Shown here: positions 38,906 to 49,694 of the stretch, in pieces
Position numbering within the stretch: the first letter of the stretch is position 1
Layout: the number at the start of each line of letters is the position of its first letter
Assembly: GCA_030390025.1 (NCBI GenBank)
Contig: CM059432.1
Span: forward strand, 21,950,001-22,014,000
Direction of reading: 5' to 3'
Origin: Squalus acanthias
Lineage: Eukaryota
Length of the DNA: 64,000 nucleotides
Translations under genes and position numbers: made by a program
Notes under the pieces: model-generated
What the model saw: only the letters and a program-made list of their open reading frames with translations
Database searches by the model: none
What the model was told of the DNA's origin: nothing

Positions 38906-40045
38906 ATGGGGGCTGCACTGGCAGTCGACCTCACCCTCCAGGATCTATGGCAGAGGGAGAGAAGGCAGCGAGAAAGATAGGAACATGTGCACAGAGGGAG
39001 GAGGAGGGCCATCAGGCCTCTCAACAGGAGGCCTTACCCACCTAGGGTCTTCCAACATCACTTCTCCTACCTTCAATTAAGCGAGGAGCAGTGTATTAGG
39101 AGGCTTCACTTCACCAAGGAGGTGGTCACTCTGCCAGACCAGACCTCCAGCCTCAGACTAGGGTGACCACGGCTCTCCCAGTGGCAGTCAAGGTCACTGT
39201 GGCCCTCAATCTCTTTGGCAATGGATCTTTCCAGTCTGCAACAGGAGACATAGCTAACATCTCACAGTTCGCCATCCATCGCTGCATCTGGGAGGTCACT
39301 GAGGCTCTCTACAGCAGGAGAAAGGACTACATTGGCTTCCCAATCACCAGAGAGAAGCAGGATGAGCATGCATGTGCCTTTGCCAGGATAGTGGGCTTCT
39401 CCATGGCAGGGCGCCATCGACTGCACCCACGTGGCTTTGCGGGCACCGCATAACAATCCTGAGATCTTCTGCATCCGCAAAGGCTACCACTCACTTAATG
39501 GGCAGTTGGTGTGTGACTGCAGACAGCGAATCCTCAATGTCAATGCCCGCTATCCTGGCAGCAGCCATGATGCCTTTATTCTGCGCCAGATCGGTGTGCC
39601 AGCACTCTTCCAACCACCGCGTCAAGCTCGCGGCTGGCTGCTGGGAGACAGGGACTATCTGCTCTCCACCTGGCTCATGACTCCCCTCCGCAACCCCAAC
39701 ACTCGTGCCCAGCACTCATATAATGAGAGCCATGCTGCCACCAGGAACATCATCGAGCAAACCATCGGCTTATTGAAGCAACAGTTCCGCTGCCTTCGCC
39801 GCTCGGGAGGAGCCCTCCAGTGTCTCATTTCGTGGTGGTCTGCTGCATGCTCCACAACTTGGTCATCATGAGGGCACAACCCTTGCCAGCAGGGATTGCG
39901 GGACCACCTCAGGAGGAGGACGAGGCAGAGGAGGATGAGGAGGAGGATGAGGAGGAACAGGAGGGAGGGAGGAGGCAGCGACACAATTGGCCTTCTAGAT
40001 GGGCTGTCCGTGACTGGCTCATCAGACTCTGATTCACATGAATGA
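38906..40045 (+). pseudogene. Harbinger DDE transposase (HARBI1-family), frameshifted
   Basis: [58 protein letters not shown] and an acidic tail. Confidence 0.9.
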
Positions 40046-40756
40046 AATCCCAGATCCCTGTTGCTCACCACATCCTCATCATACAATCCCTGTCTCATGC
40101 CATATCATAGCGTCCTCCTGGGCACAAAGGTGAAATGAGAGAGACTACAAAATATTCCAAACACTATCAATAAATTTATCTGTAAATATATCACACATAT
40201 CCCATGAATTCTCAGAACTAATGACCCTTGTGGCTGCCATAGTTGAATAGCTGTCATTGTGTGCAAGGTGTGAGATGTGGGTGTGAGTGTTGGTAGGTTG
40301 AGATTGTTGGTGGGTGAGTGCTGGGGGTGTGGTACACTGAGCAGTGTGTGAAGCTTGTGGTACAAATGGTGGTATGTAGCATTTGTTGAAGCATTCACTC
40401 ACCCTGACCACCTGTGTGAGCTCGTTAAACTTCCTCCTGTACTGGGTGTGGGACTTGGGGACCACAGTGCTGCCCATGACATGGTGCGCCACCTCCATCC
40501 ACATAGTCCGGCAGACTTGTGGTGAGGGCCTCCTGCCAGTTGGTACAGGACTGCCTGCCTTCTCTCCACCGCTAAAACTAATGCCTCCAAAGCTTCCTCT
40601 GAAAACCTCCGGGTTATCTCCCTGGGGCGGCGATCTGTATTCAGCATTTGTAAATATGTGCTGCTTCTCTTTGTCCTTCTTCTTATGGTTGTTGAGGCAG
40701 CTGCACACCCAACAATGCTGAGAATGAGGTGCTGCAGCATCAAAGGACCTCCCCTC

Positions 40757-42153
40757 TGTAAGGTTTCCAAAATTTGCAGATCCCCAAAACCTAAGGAAAA
40801 AGGACTTTGGAACTACCTCAGAGTGATAATATTGCATTTGGGCCTAACCTAAGAGACTGTAAGACCAAAAACCAAGTTTTGGCATTTTAAAACTATGTCT
40901 GGGCCTGTAAAGGGAGAAAAGGCTGTGAAGGAAGTTGGGATCGACCTCTGTAAAGCAGTTTTGGTAACTGGTAAGAGGCCCGCCAAAATTCAGACAATGA
41001 ACTGAGTAGATTTGGCGGGTAGATAAGGCCATGTTCAATGGGTGAGATTGAAGGCCAGTTAAAAACCCAATTAACGTGCTAGTAAGTCATTACCGATTTA
41101 CGAGCCCGCCAAAACCAGACAATGAACTGAGTAGATTTGGCGGGTAGATAAGGCCACTTCAATTCTGTATATTTGAAGACCCACCAAGCACACAAGGGTG
41201 ACAGCGCAGTTCAAAGTCGTTGGATCGAGCAGTCAGTCGCAACCGGTGGTCATCAGAAGAGAAGAGACCAAGAAGAAGAAGGCCCGAGCTGGAAGCGAGT
41301 CGGCATCGCTCACCACTCAGACACACCTGAGTCCAGCTCGCGAAGACACCACCTCGACAGACCTCCAACAATGGCACCAACACAGTCACCCGGAGCAACA
41401 AGCAGCAACAAGTCACCGACGGCTCCACGAGGTCGACCGACACACAAAACAAGGCCTAAAGCCATCGCGGAAACCAAAGGCCTCACAAAACTAACAACCG
41501 CGCATTACCCCCAACTGACCAGGTAATAGCAGGCCACCGTGGCCAACAAAGACCAACTCCAGGGAAGAAAACCCGAAGAATCGCAAAGTTTCCACACTAC
41601 AAACTACTCCTGACTTACCCCTGGGTAAGATTTTCCCCAAAGACTCTAAGTCCTACTGCTAAACTAAAGAAATTGGGTACTCACCAGATAAATCCAAAAC
41701 GACATCCTACCGCATCAGCGGACTCGCGAAGACTGACCAGAGACCCAGGTGAAGTCCTCTACCACGTACGGGGTACGGCAGACACTAACCGCCATAAACA
41801 GCGAACCCCAAAACCGCGATTTAGCCCAACTGTCAAAGGATTGGTGAGCATTATCCCTGGTCCTTCAAAACCTAACTTAGCTAGTAAAGTGGGGTTGGGA
41901 GGGGTGAAGTATTGTTCTACTGTCATTTCCCTCGCTTGTACCGAAGTGTTCCCCACCTTTAGAGTGATAAGAGTGTTATTATTTGTGTCTTACCTTTTAA
42001 TAAAGATTGAAGTTCTTTCATCAAACTCAGTTGTCTGCTGCACCTTTGTATCACAACCCCCAAATAAGTCCAAGGTCTAGAACCAGGGAGTGGGAGTGAT
42101 TCGAACCGCTCAGAAGTCAGAGGTAAAGCTGACACAAACCACCACCTGCTACA
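40757..42153 (+). mobile_element. Solo LTR (1397 bp)
   Basis: It starts TGTAAG and ends CTACA, with TSD CCTC/CCTT. The flanks rejoin as the Harbinger Myb upstream region. A ~50-bp direct repeat lies at 40980 and 41105, and AATAAA near 41999. Confidence 0.85.
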
Positions 42154-43414
42154 CCTTTAAGTAGTAAAAAAACACCTGTGGCAATCATTACTTGCATGTA
42201 GACTGCACCCGATATTGGTCCATCTTTTCAGTGTAACGCCAATGAGCTTGCGTTTTTAGACTAGAATCATGACTGCAATCATTTTAATGAGGAGTGAGGA
42301 CAAATTTTGCGTGCCGTCTAGACGATTTTCAACTGGCGCTATTTAACCATTTTTAGTCTAAACACTGCCCATTCCTTGGCTATAACAAATTTCTAGCCCA
42401 TCCACTTTAAGTACTGCCAGCTTGTCTAATACCTCCTCTTTGTCTATTTTTATCTCATTTAGTATTCTGGAAACCTCCTCGTTTACTATAGCTTTGGCAA
42501 AATCCTCTTCCTTGGTAAACATCGATGCAGAGTACTCATTTAGTACCTCAGCCATGCCTTCTGCCTCCACCAATAGTTATCCATTTTGGTCCCTAATTGG
42601 CTCCACTGCTCCTCTGACAATCCTTTTGCTGTTCGAGAAAGCTCTGATTTTCCACTTCTTAATGGAAATAGAAGAAAAATCAAGTGGGTTCAGTTACCAG
42701 CATGCAATCCTCCCACTCCACACAGGCGATGCTTAATGCCCAGGCAGTAAAGATAAAAAACAAATATCCAAATCATTTCAGGACAGTCAGAGTTATTTTC
42801 AACTTAGGTTCAGAATTGGAGAATGCTACCTCTTTTCGTATTAGCGCATCTTTGAAGAGGTCTTTGAATCAATATCAAGTAAGCAGCAATTTCAAGTTCT
42901 GCTCAATGTTTACTGATTGAATTTGGACTTGCTGCTTTCTCCATTCCATCAAACTGTTAGTTTGTAATGATTAATCAGCCAGCTCTCAATATAAGGACAC
43001 TGAAAGTCTTTTGTGGAAAACAAGATTTCAATATAAACTGATTGTGCTGAGTTTACAGTGTTGGCCCTTGAAAAGTCTGCCTCCATCCTTCAAGTGGATT
43101 AACAATTTGGTAACTTTTTTGACTGTATATTATTTTCTCTACTTCCTCTTTGTATGTGGCATGGGAAGAATACAATCACAAGCTGAAGGGACAGGGCGGG
43201 CCGAGATTCCTCTTGGCTGTGGCAGAGTTAATATCAGAAATTTTAAACTATGTGGGGAACTATGGGCTCATCGCCCTCTGCTATAGCATGTTTGGGCATC
43301 AATGTACTAAACACGATGAAATCCTTGACTACCTCTTCATGCATGTTTGAAAAACTCTAGTGCTCCCCAGTTGCGTAACTGCCAATAGTAACGAAGAATG
43401 GCTGATTCACATCC

Positions 43415-44840
43415 TCCTTAGATGGAACCAATTGTAATGGCCCGGGCTGGGACCAGTGTCCTGGCAAACCAAATAACTAGGGCAGTAGACAGGGATTTAA
43501 ACTAATGAAGGGGTGGGGTGGGGGGAGTGGGGGGGTGGGGGGGAGGATTCAGGAAAGAGTAAATTTAAAAGCAGCAAGAGAAATGTCAAGGCTATGGAGC
43601 AGAGTAGAGTTTTGGGTAAAAATAAGCAGAGAGGGTCAGGAAGGGACAGAGAGAGTAACAAAGGTAATAAGGCATCAGTGACTAAGGTGACATCAGGGAA
43701 AAATAGAAATAAGTCAAAGCTAAAGGCAATATATCTTAATGCACGAAGCATTCGCAACAAAATAGATGAATTAATAGCGCAGATAGAAATTAACAGGTTT
43801 GATCTAATAGCCATAATGGAGACGTGGTTGCAAAGTGGCCTAGGTTGGGAACCAAATATTCCAGGATACTTAACTTTTAGAAGAGAAAGGCAAAATGGAA
43901 AAGGAGGAGGGGTAGCCCTGATAATAAAGGATGGGATAAAGACAGTAGAGAAAAAGGATCTTAGCTCCGAAAATCAAGAATCAGTTTGGGTGGAGCTAAG
44001 AAATAACAAGGGGCAGAAAACATTGGTGGGAGTTGTTTATAGGCCCCCAAACAGTAGTTGTAATCTTGGGCAGAGTATAAATCAGGAAATTAGAGGCACA
44101 TGTAACAAGGGTAATACAGTAACCATGGGTGACTTTAGTCTACATAGAGACTGGGCAAACCAAATTTGCAGTAATAGTGTGGAGGACGAATTCATGGAAT
44201 GTATACAAGATAGTTTTCTAGATCAGTATGTTGAGGAACCAACTAGGGAACAGACTATTTCAGATTTAGTATTGTGCAATGAGAAAGGGTTCATTAATAA
44301 CCTTGTAGTAAAGGGGCCTTTAGGGAAGAGTGACCATAATATGATAGAATTTTATATTGAGTTTGAAAATGATTTTCGTTAAATCCAAAACTAGGGTCTT
44401 AAATCTAAACAAAGCAAACTATGTATGAGAGGCGAGTTGGCTAAGATAGATTGGGAAACTACATTAAAATGTATGGCAGGAGACAAGCAATGGCTAGCAT
44501 TTAAAGAATTAATACATAATTTACAACAAATATACATTCCTTTAAGGCACAAAAACTCCACAGGAAAAGTGGTCCAACCGTGGCTAACAAGAGAAGTTAA
44601 AGATAGTATTAGATCAAAGGAAAAGGCTTATAATGTTGCCAAAAAGAGTAGTAAGCCTGAGGATTGGGAGGATTTTAGAATTCGGCAAAGGAGGACCAAA
44701 AAATTGATAAAGAAAGGGAAAATAGAATATGAGAGTAAACTAGCGAGAGACATAAAAACAGACTGTAAAAGCTTCTACAGGTATGTAAAAAGGAAAAGAT
44801 TAGTGAAAATAAATGTGGGTCCCTTACAGGCTGAGGCAGG
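43415..44840 (+). mobile_element. CR1 LINE 5' half (ORF1 end and APE endonuclease)
   Basis: ORF 43513-44382 contains NARSIRNK, METWL, VYRPPN, MGDF and SDHN. Confidence 0.93.
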
Positions 44841-44909
44841 TACAGAAAGCAAATGGTATGTTGGCATTTATTACAAGAGCATTTGAGTATAAGTGTAAAG
44901 ACGTCTTAC

Positions 44910-46025
44910 TGTCCACTCCTCATGACCATTGACTCCCCTATAGTTCAAAAATCTGTCTATCTCCACCTTAAATATATTCAATGACCCAGCCTCCACAGCT
45001 CTCTGGGGTAGAGAATTCCAAAGATTCACGACCCTCTGAGAGAACAAATTCCTCCTCATCTCCGTCTTAAATGGGCAAACCCTTATTCTGAAATTATGTC
45101 CCCAAGTTCTAGATTCCCCCACGAGGGGAAACATCCTCTTTGCATCTACCCTGTCAATCCCCCTCAGAATCTTATGTTTCAGTAAGATTCCCTCTCATTC
45201 TTCTAAACTCCAATGAGTATAGGCACAACTTGCTCAACCTTTTTTCATAAGACAACCCCTTCATCTCAGGAATCAACCTAGTGAACCTTCTCTGAAGTGC
45301 CTCCAATGCAAGTATATCCCTTCTTAAATAAGGAGACCAAAACTGTACGCAGTACTCCAGGTGTGGTCTCACCAATGCCCTGTACAGTTGTAGCAAGACT
45401 TCCCTACTTTTATACTCCATCCCCCTTGCAATAAAGGCCAACATTCCATTTGCCTTCCCAATTACTTGCTGTACCTGCATGCAAACCTTTTGTGTTTCAT
45501 ATACAAGGACACCCAGATCCCTCTGTATCACAGCATTTTGTAGTCTCTCTTCATTTAAATAACAATTTGCTTTTTTATTCTTCCTACCAAAGTGGATAAC
45601 CTCACATTTTCCCACATTATACTCCATCTGCCAAATTTTTGCCCACTTACTTAACCTATCTATATCCCTTTGCAGATTCTTTGTGTCCTCCTCACAACTT
45701 GCTTTCCCACCTATCTTTGTATCATCAGCAAATTTAGCTACATTATACTCGGTCCCTTCATCCAAGTCATTAATGTAGATTGTAAAATGTTGAGGCCCCA
45801 GTACTGATCCTTGTGGCACCCCACTAGTTATAGTTTGCCAACCTGAAAATGACCCATTTATCCCGACTCTCTGTTTTCTGTTAGTTAGCCAATGATATGA
45901 GCGGGCAGGAAAGAGGAGTTGAGGCCAAGATCAGATCAGCCATGATCTTATTGAATGGCGGAGCAGGCTCAAGGGGCTGAATGGCCTACTCCTGCTCCTA
46001 TTTCTTATGTTCTTATGTTCTTATG
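44910..46025. mobile_element. CR1 with inverted RT segment (- 44910-45892) joined to a sense 3' UTR (+ 45893-46025)
   Basis: RT motifs in ORFs 45819-44871. The sense 3' UTR with a (ttatgttc)n tail resumes where the inverted part stops. Confidence 0.8.
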
Positions 46026-46119
46026 ACCCATCTGTTGCCCAATCTAAAATCAGGTAACTCAGCACAACATGGTGCTCAGTCTCTTTAGTAAAGTTCTGTT
46101 TCCTGAAGAATAAAATTAG

Positions 46120-47270
46120 TTATAGAATCATAGAAATTTACAGCACAGAAGGAGGCCATTTGGTCCATCATGTCTGCACTGATGAACAAGAGCTATCCAG
46201 TCTAATCCCACTTTCCAGCTCTTGTTCCGTAGGCTTGTAGGTTACAGCACTTCAAGTGCATATCCAAGTACTTTTGAAATGAGATGAGGGTTTCTGCCTC
46301 TACTACCCTTTCAGGCAGTGAGTTCCAGACCCAGGGCAACCATCTCTGGGTGAAAAAATGTTCTCCTCAACTCCCCTTTAATCCTTCCACCAATTACTTT
46401 AAATCTATGCCCCCTGGTTATTGACCTCTCTGCTAATGGAAACAGGTCCTTCATATCCACTCTATCTAGGCCCCTCATAATTTGATACACCTCAATTAAA
46501 TTTCCCCTCAGCCTCCTCCGTTCCAAAGAAAACAATCCCAGCCTATCCAATCTTTCCTCATAGCTAAAATTCTCTAGCCCTGGCAATATCCTCGTAAATC
46601 TCCTCTGAACCCTCTCCAGTGCAATCACATCTTTCCTGTAATGTAGTGACCAGAACTGTACACAGTACTCTAGCTGTGGCCTAACTAGTATTTTATACAG
46701 TTCTAGCATAACCTTCCTGCTCTTATATTCTATGTCTCGGCTAATAAAGGAAAGTATCCCGTATGCCTTTTTAACCACCTTATCTACTTGTCATGCTGCC
46801 TTCAGGGATCTGTGAACATGCACTATAAGACCCTCTGTTCATCTACACTTCTCAGTATCCTACCATTTATTGTGTATTCCCTTGCCTTGTTAGCCCTCTC
46901 CAAATGCATTACCCCACTTCTCCAGATTGAATTCAATTTTCCACTCTTCTGCCCACCTGACCAGTCCTGACCAGTCCATTGATATCTTTCTGCAGTCTAC
47001 TCCAGTTGCCATTCGGCCCTTTGAGCCTGCTCCACCATTCAATAAGATTATGGCTGACCTTCAACCTCAACTCCACCTTCCAGCACGATCCCCTTATCCC
47101 TTGATTCCCTTAGCATCCAAAGATCCATCAATCTCTATCTTGAATCAACGACTGAGCATCCACAGCTCTCTGAGGTAGAGAAATCCACAGATTCAGAACC
47201 CTTTGAGTGAAGACATTTCTCCTCATCTCAGTGGCTGGCCCCTTATTCTGAGACTGTGACTCCTAGTTCT
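46120..47270 (-). mobile_element. Two adjacent CR1 3' fragments
   Basis: ORF 46778-46311 and a second 3' UTR at 47005-47270. Confidence 0.9.
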
Positions 47271-47472
47271 GAGCAGGTGCAGAACAGCACGGTAACTGTA
47301 CGGCTGACACCATCACATAATGAGGAACACTGAAGAGTTAGCGGCTTGAGTAAAGGAGAGAACAAAATTAGAAGAAGTGACTTTATAGTCTCCAACATTT
47401 TCAGGAAGATCACTGCTGTAATTGAAACAGAAAATTCTGGAAACATTTAGCAGGTCACGCAGCATCTGTGGA

Positions 47473-48638
47473 GAACATAAGAACATAAGTAATAAGAGCA
47501 GGAGTAGGCCATTCGGTCCCTCGCGCCTGCTCTGCCATTCAATAAGATCATGGCTGATCTTCTACCTCATCTCCACTTTCCTGCACTATCCTCATATCCC
47601 TTAATTCCCTTAATATCCAAAAATCTATCGATCTCTGTCTTGAATATACTCAATGACTGAGCATCCACAGCCCTCTGGGGTAGAGAATTCCAAAGATTCA
47701 CCACCCTCTGAGTGAAGACATTTCTCCTCATCTTAGTCCTAAATGGCCAACCCCTTATTCTGAGACTGTGACCCTTAGTTCTAGACTCCCCAGCCAGGGG
47801 AAACATCCTCCCTGCATCTACCCTGTCAAGCCTTGTAAGAATATTGTATGTTTCAATGTGATCACCTCTCATTCTTTAAACTCCAGAGAATATAGGCCTA
47901 GTCTACTCAATTTCTCCTCATAGGACAATCCCCCCATCCCAGGAACCTGTCTGGTGAACCTTCGTTGCACTCCCTCTATGGCAAGTATATCCTTCCTTAG
48001 GTAAGGAGACCAAAACTGTATACAATACTCCAGGTGTGGTCTCACCAGGGCCCTATGTAATTGCAGTAAGACATCTTTACTCTTATACTCAAATCCTCTT
48101 GTAATAAAGGCCAACATATCATTTGCTTTCCTAATTGCTTGCTGTACCTGCATGTTAACTTTCAGTGATTCGTGTACAAGAACACCCAGATCCCTCTGAA
48201 CACCAACATTTCCCAATCTCTCATCAATCTCTCATCATTTACTCTGCTTTTCTATTTTTCCCACCAAAGTGGATAACTTCACATTTCTCCACATTATATT
48301 CCATTTGCCATGTTCTTGCCCACTCACTTAGCCTGACCAGATCCCCTTGAAGCCTCCTTGCATCCTCCTCACAACTTACATTCCCACCCAGCTTTGTATC
48401 ATCAGCAAACTTGGATATATTACATTTGGCCCCCTCATCCAAATCATTGAAGTAGATTGTGAATAGCTGAGGCCCAAGCACTGATCCTTGCGGTACTCCA
48501 CTAGTTACAGCCTGCCAACCCGAAAATGACCCGTTTATTCCTACTCTTTGTTTTCTGTCCGTTAAACAATCCTCAATCCATGCTTGTATATTACCCCCAA
48601 TCCCATGAGCCCTAATGTTGTTTAATAGCCTCTTGCGT
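47473..48638 (-). mobile_element. CR1 LINE inserted in a palindromic Penelope-type terminal repeat (47422-48800)
   Basis: RT motifs. The flanks cagaaaattctggaaacatttagcaggtc and gacctgctgaatgtttccatcattttctg are inverted repeats. Confidence 0.88.
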
Positions 48639-49694
48639 GAAGTAGGGTTAACATTTCACCTCAATGACGTTTTGTCGGAATTCTAAAGGTCATCAAACTG
48701 AAATGCTAACCTTATCTTCCTCTCTCCACAGATGTTGCATGACCTGCTGAATGTTTCCATCATTTTCTGTGTTTTTTTAGATTTCCACTATCTGCAGTGA
48801 TTTGCTTTATGATCTCTACTGTGCTGTTTTTATGCAGCTGAAAATGACTCATAGAAGTCAACCATGTATAAACAATCTGAGATTATTTCAATCCGGTAAA
48901 TATACGAGACAGTTCAGAATAAAAATCAGTCACTGCTCCCGAACAAAGAACCCAGAGAGAAAGGCACCTGAACCTCAGACAAGAGAATGACAACTAATGA
49001 ATAGCTCATAACTTCCTGTCATTATAAATAAGCATATCACATGCACAGACCCTGAAAAGGGGCTGCAAGTGCATGAATTCATGGAATTTTGATTACAATA
49101 CATTCATTATAAGCAACAATCTTTCATTTATTCATTATCTTGCTTTCAATAGGTGTTGACTATTTCACCAAAATCCATTTGTGCTGAATGTCAATATATT
49201 TTAATCTGCTAACTATTAGTTCTACTTTTTATGTTTAAAAAATGCCATTTTAAAGGACCTGGTTATTGTGTGAGGAAAGAGTATTTCTAGTATAAAGCCC
49301 TGTCCTCATTCCTGTAGCGTTCCCACCTTGTAGAAAATACTGTGACTTTTATTAATTAATTTTCCTCTTATAAAGGCAATATATCAAAGTGGCTCCATAG
49401 AGTAGGCTGGGAAATGACATTTAGGATTAGCTTCAATGTTAATCTGGAGATGCATGAAACAGGAAAAACAGGAATAAAATTTGAAGTTACAACACTAAGC
49501 ATTGTTTATTTATTTGGAGTGCACTGATTGTTTCCGAACTAGCCACCCTGAAGCACTGTGAATCAGCAATGTCACATTACAGTTCTTTAGACCAGGCTGT
49601 ATACAAACACGAGTTAGATCAAAGAGCAGCATGCTGGCATTAGGGATTGGAACACTAGCATTTGAAATTGGAACACCAGCGTTTGGAATTTGAT

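Larger units (their letters stand above)
38448..42399. mobile_element. Harbinger family A copy in the orientation opposite to 55271-59368; left TIR and the 3' part of Myb deleted
   Basis: Right TIR aaatttctagccc, transposase on +, Myb exon 1 on - (40640-40400). Confidence 0.88.
36378..42630 (-). mobile_element. CR1 LINE interrupted by a SINE, a Harbinger and an LTR
   Basis: Colinear pieces at 36378-37635, 38080-38447 and 42400-42630. Confidence 0.88.

Noticed and set aside
41159..42080. Coding ORFs inside the second LTR
   Set aside because: They are short, overlapping and low-complexity, with no gag/pol/env motif.
1..42399. Selective retention of the Myb gene in Harbinger derivatives
   Set aside because: Some copies keep Myb and lose the transposase, but 38448-42399 shows the reverse, and all are disrupted.
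42808..43350. Plus-strand exon candidate (GSELENATSFRISASLKRSLNQYQ) and short ORFs 43011-43350
   Set aside because: Splice-like signals only, with no recognisable protein or partner exon.
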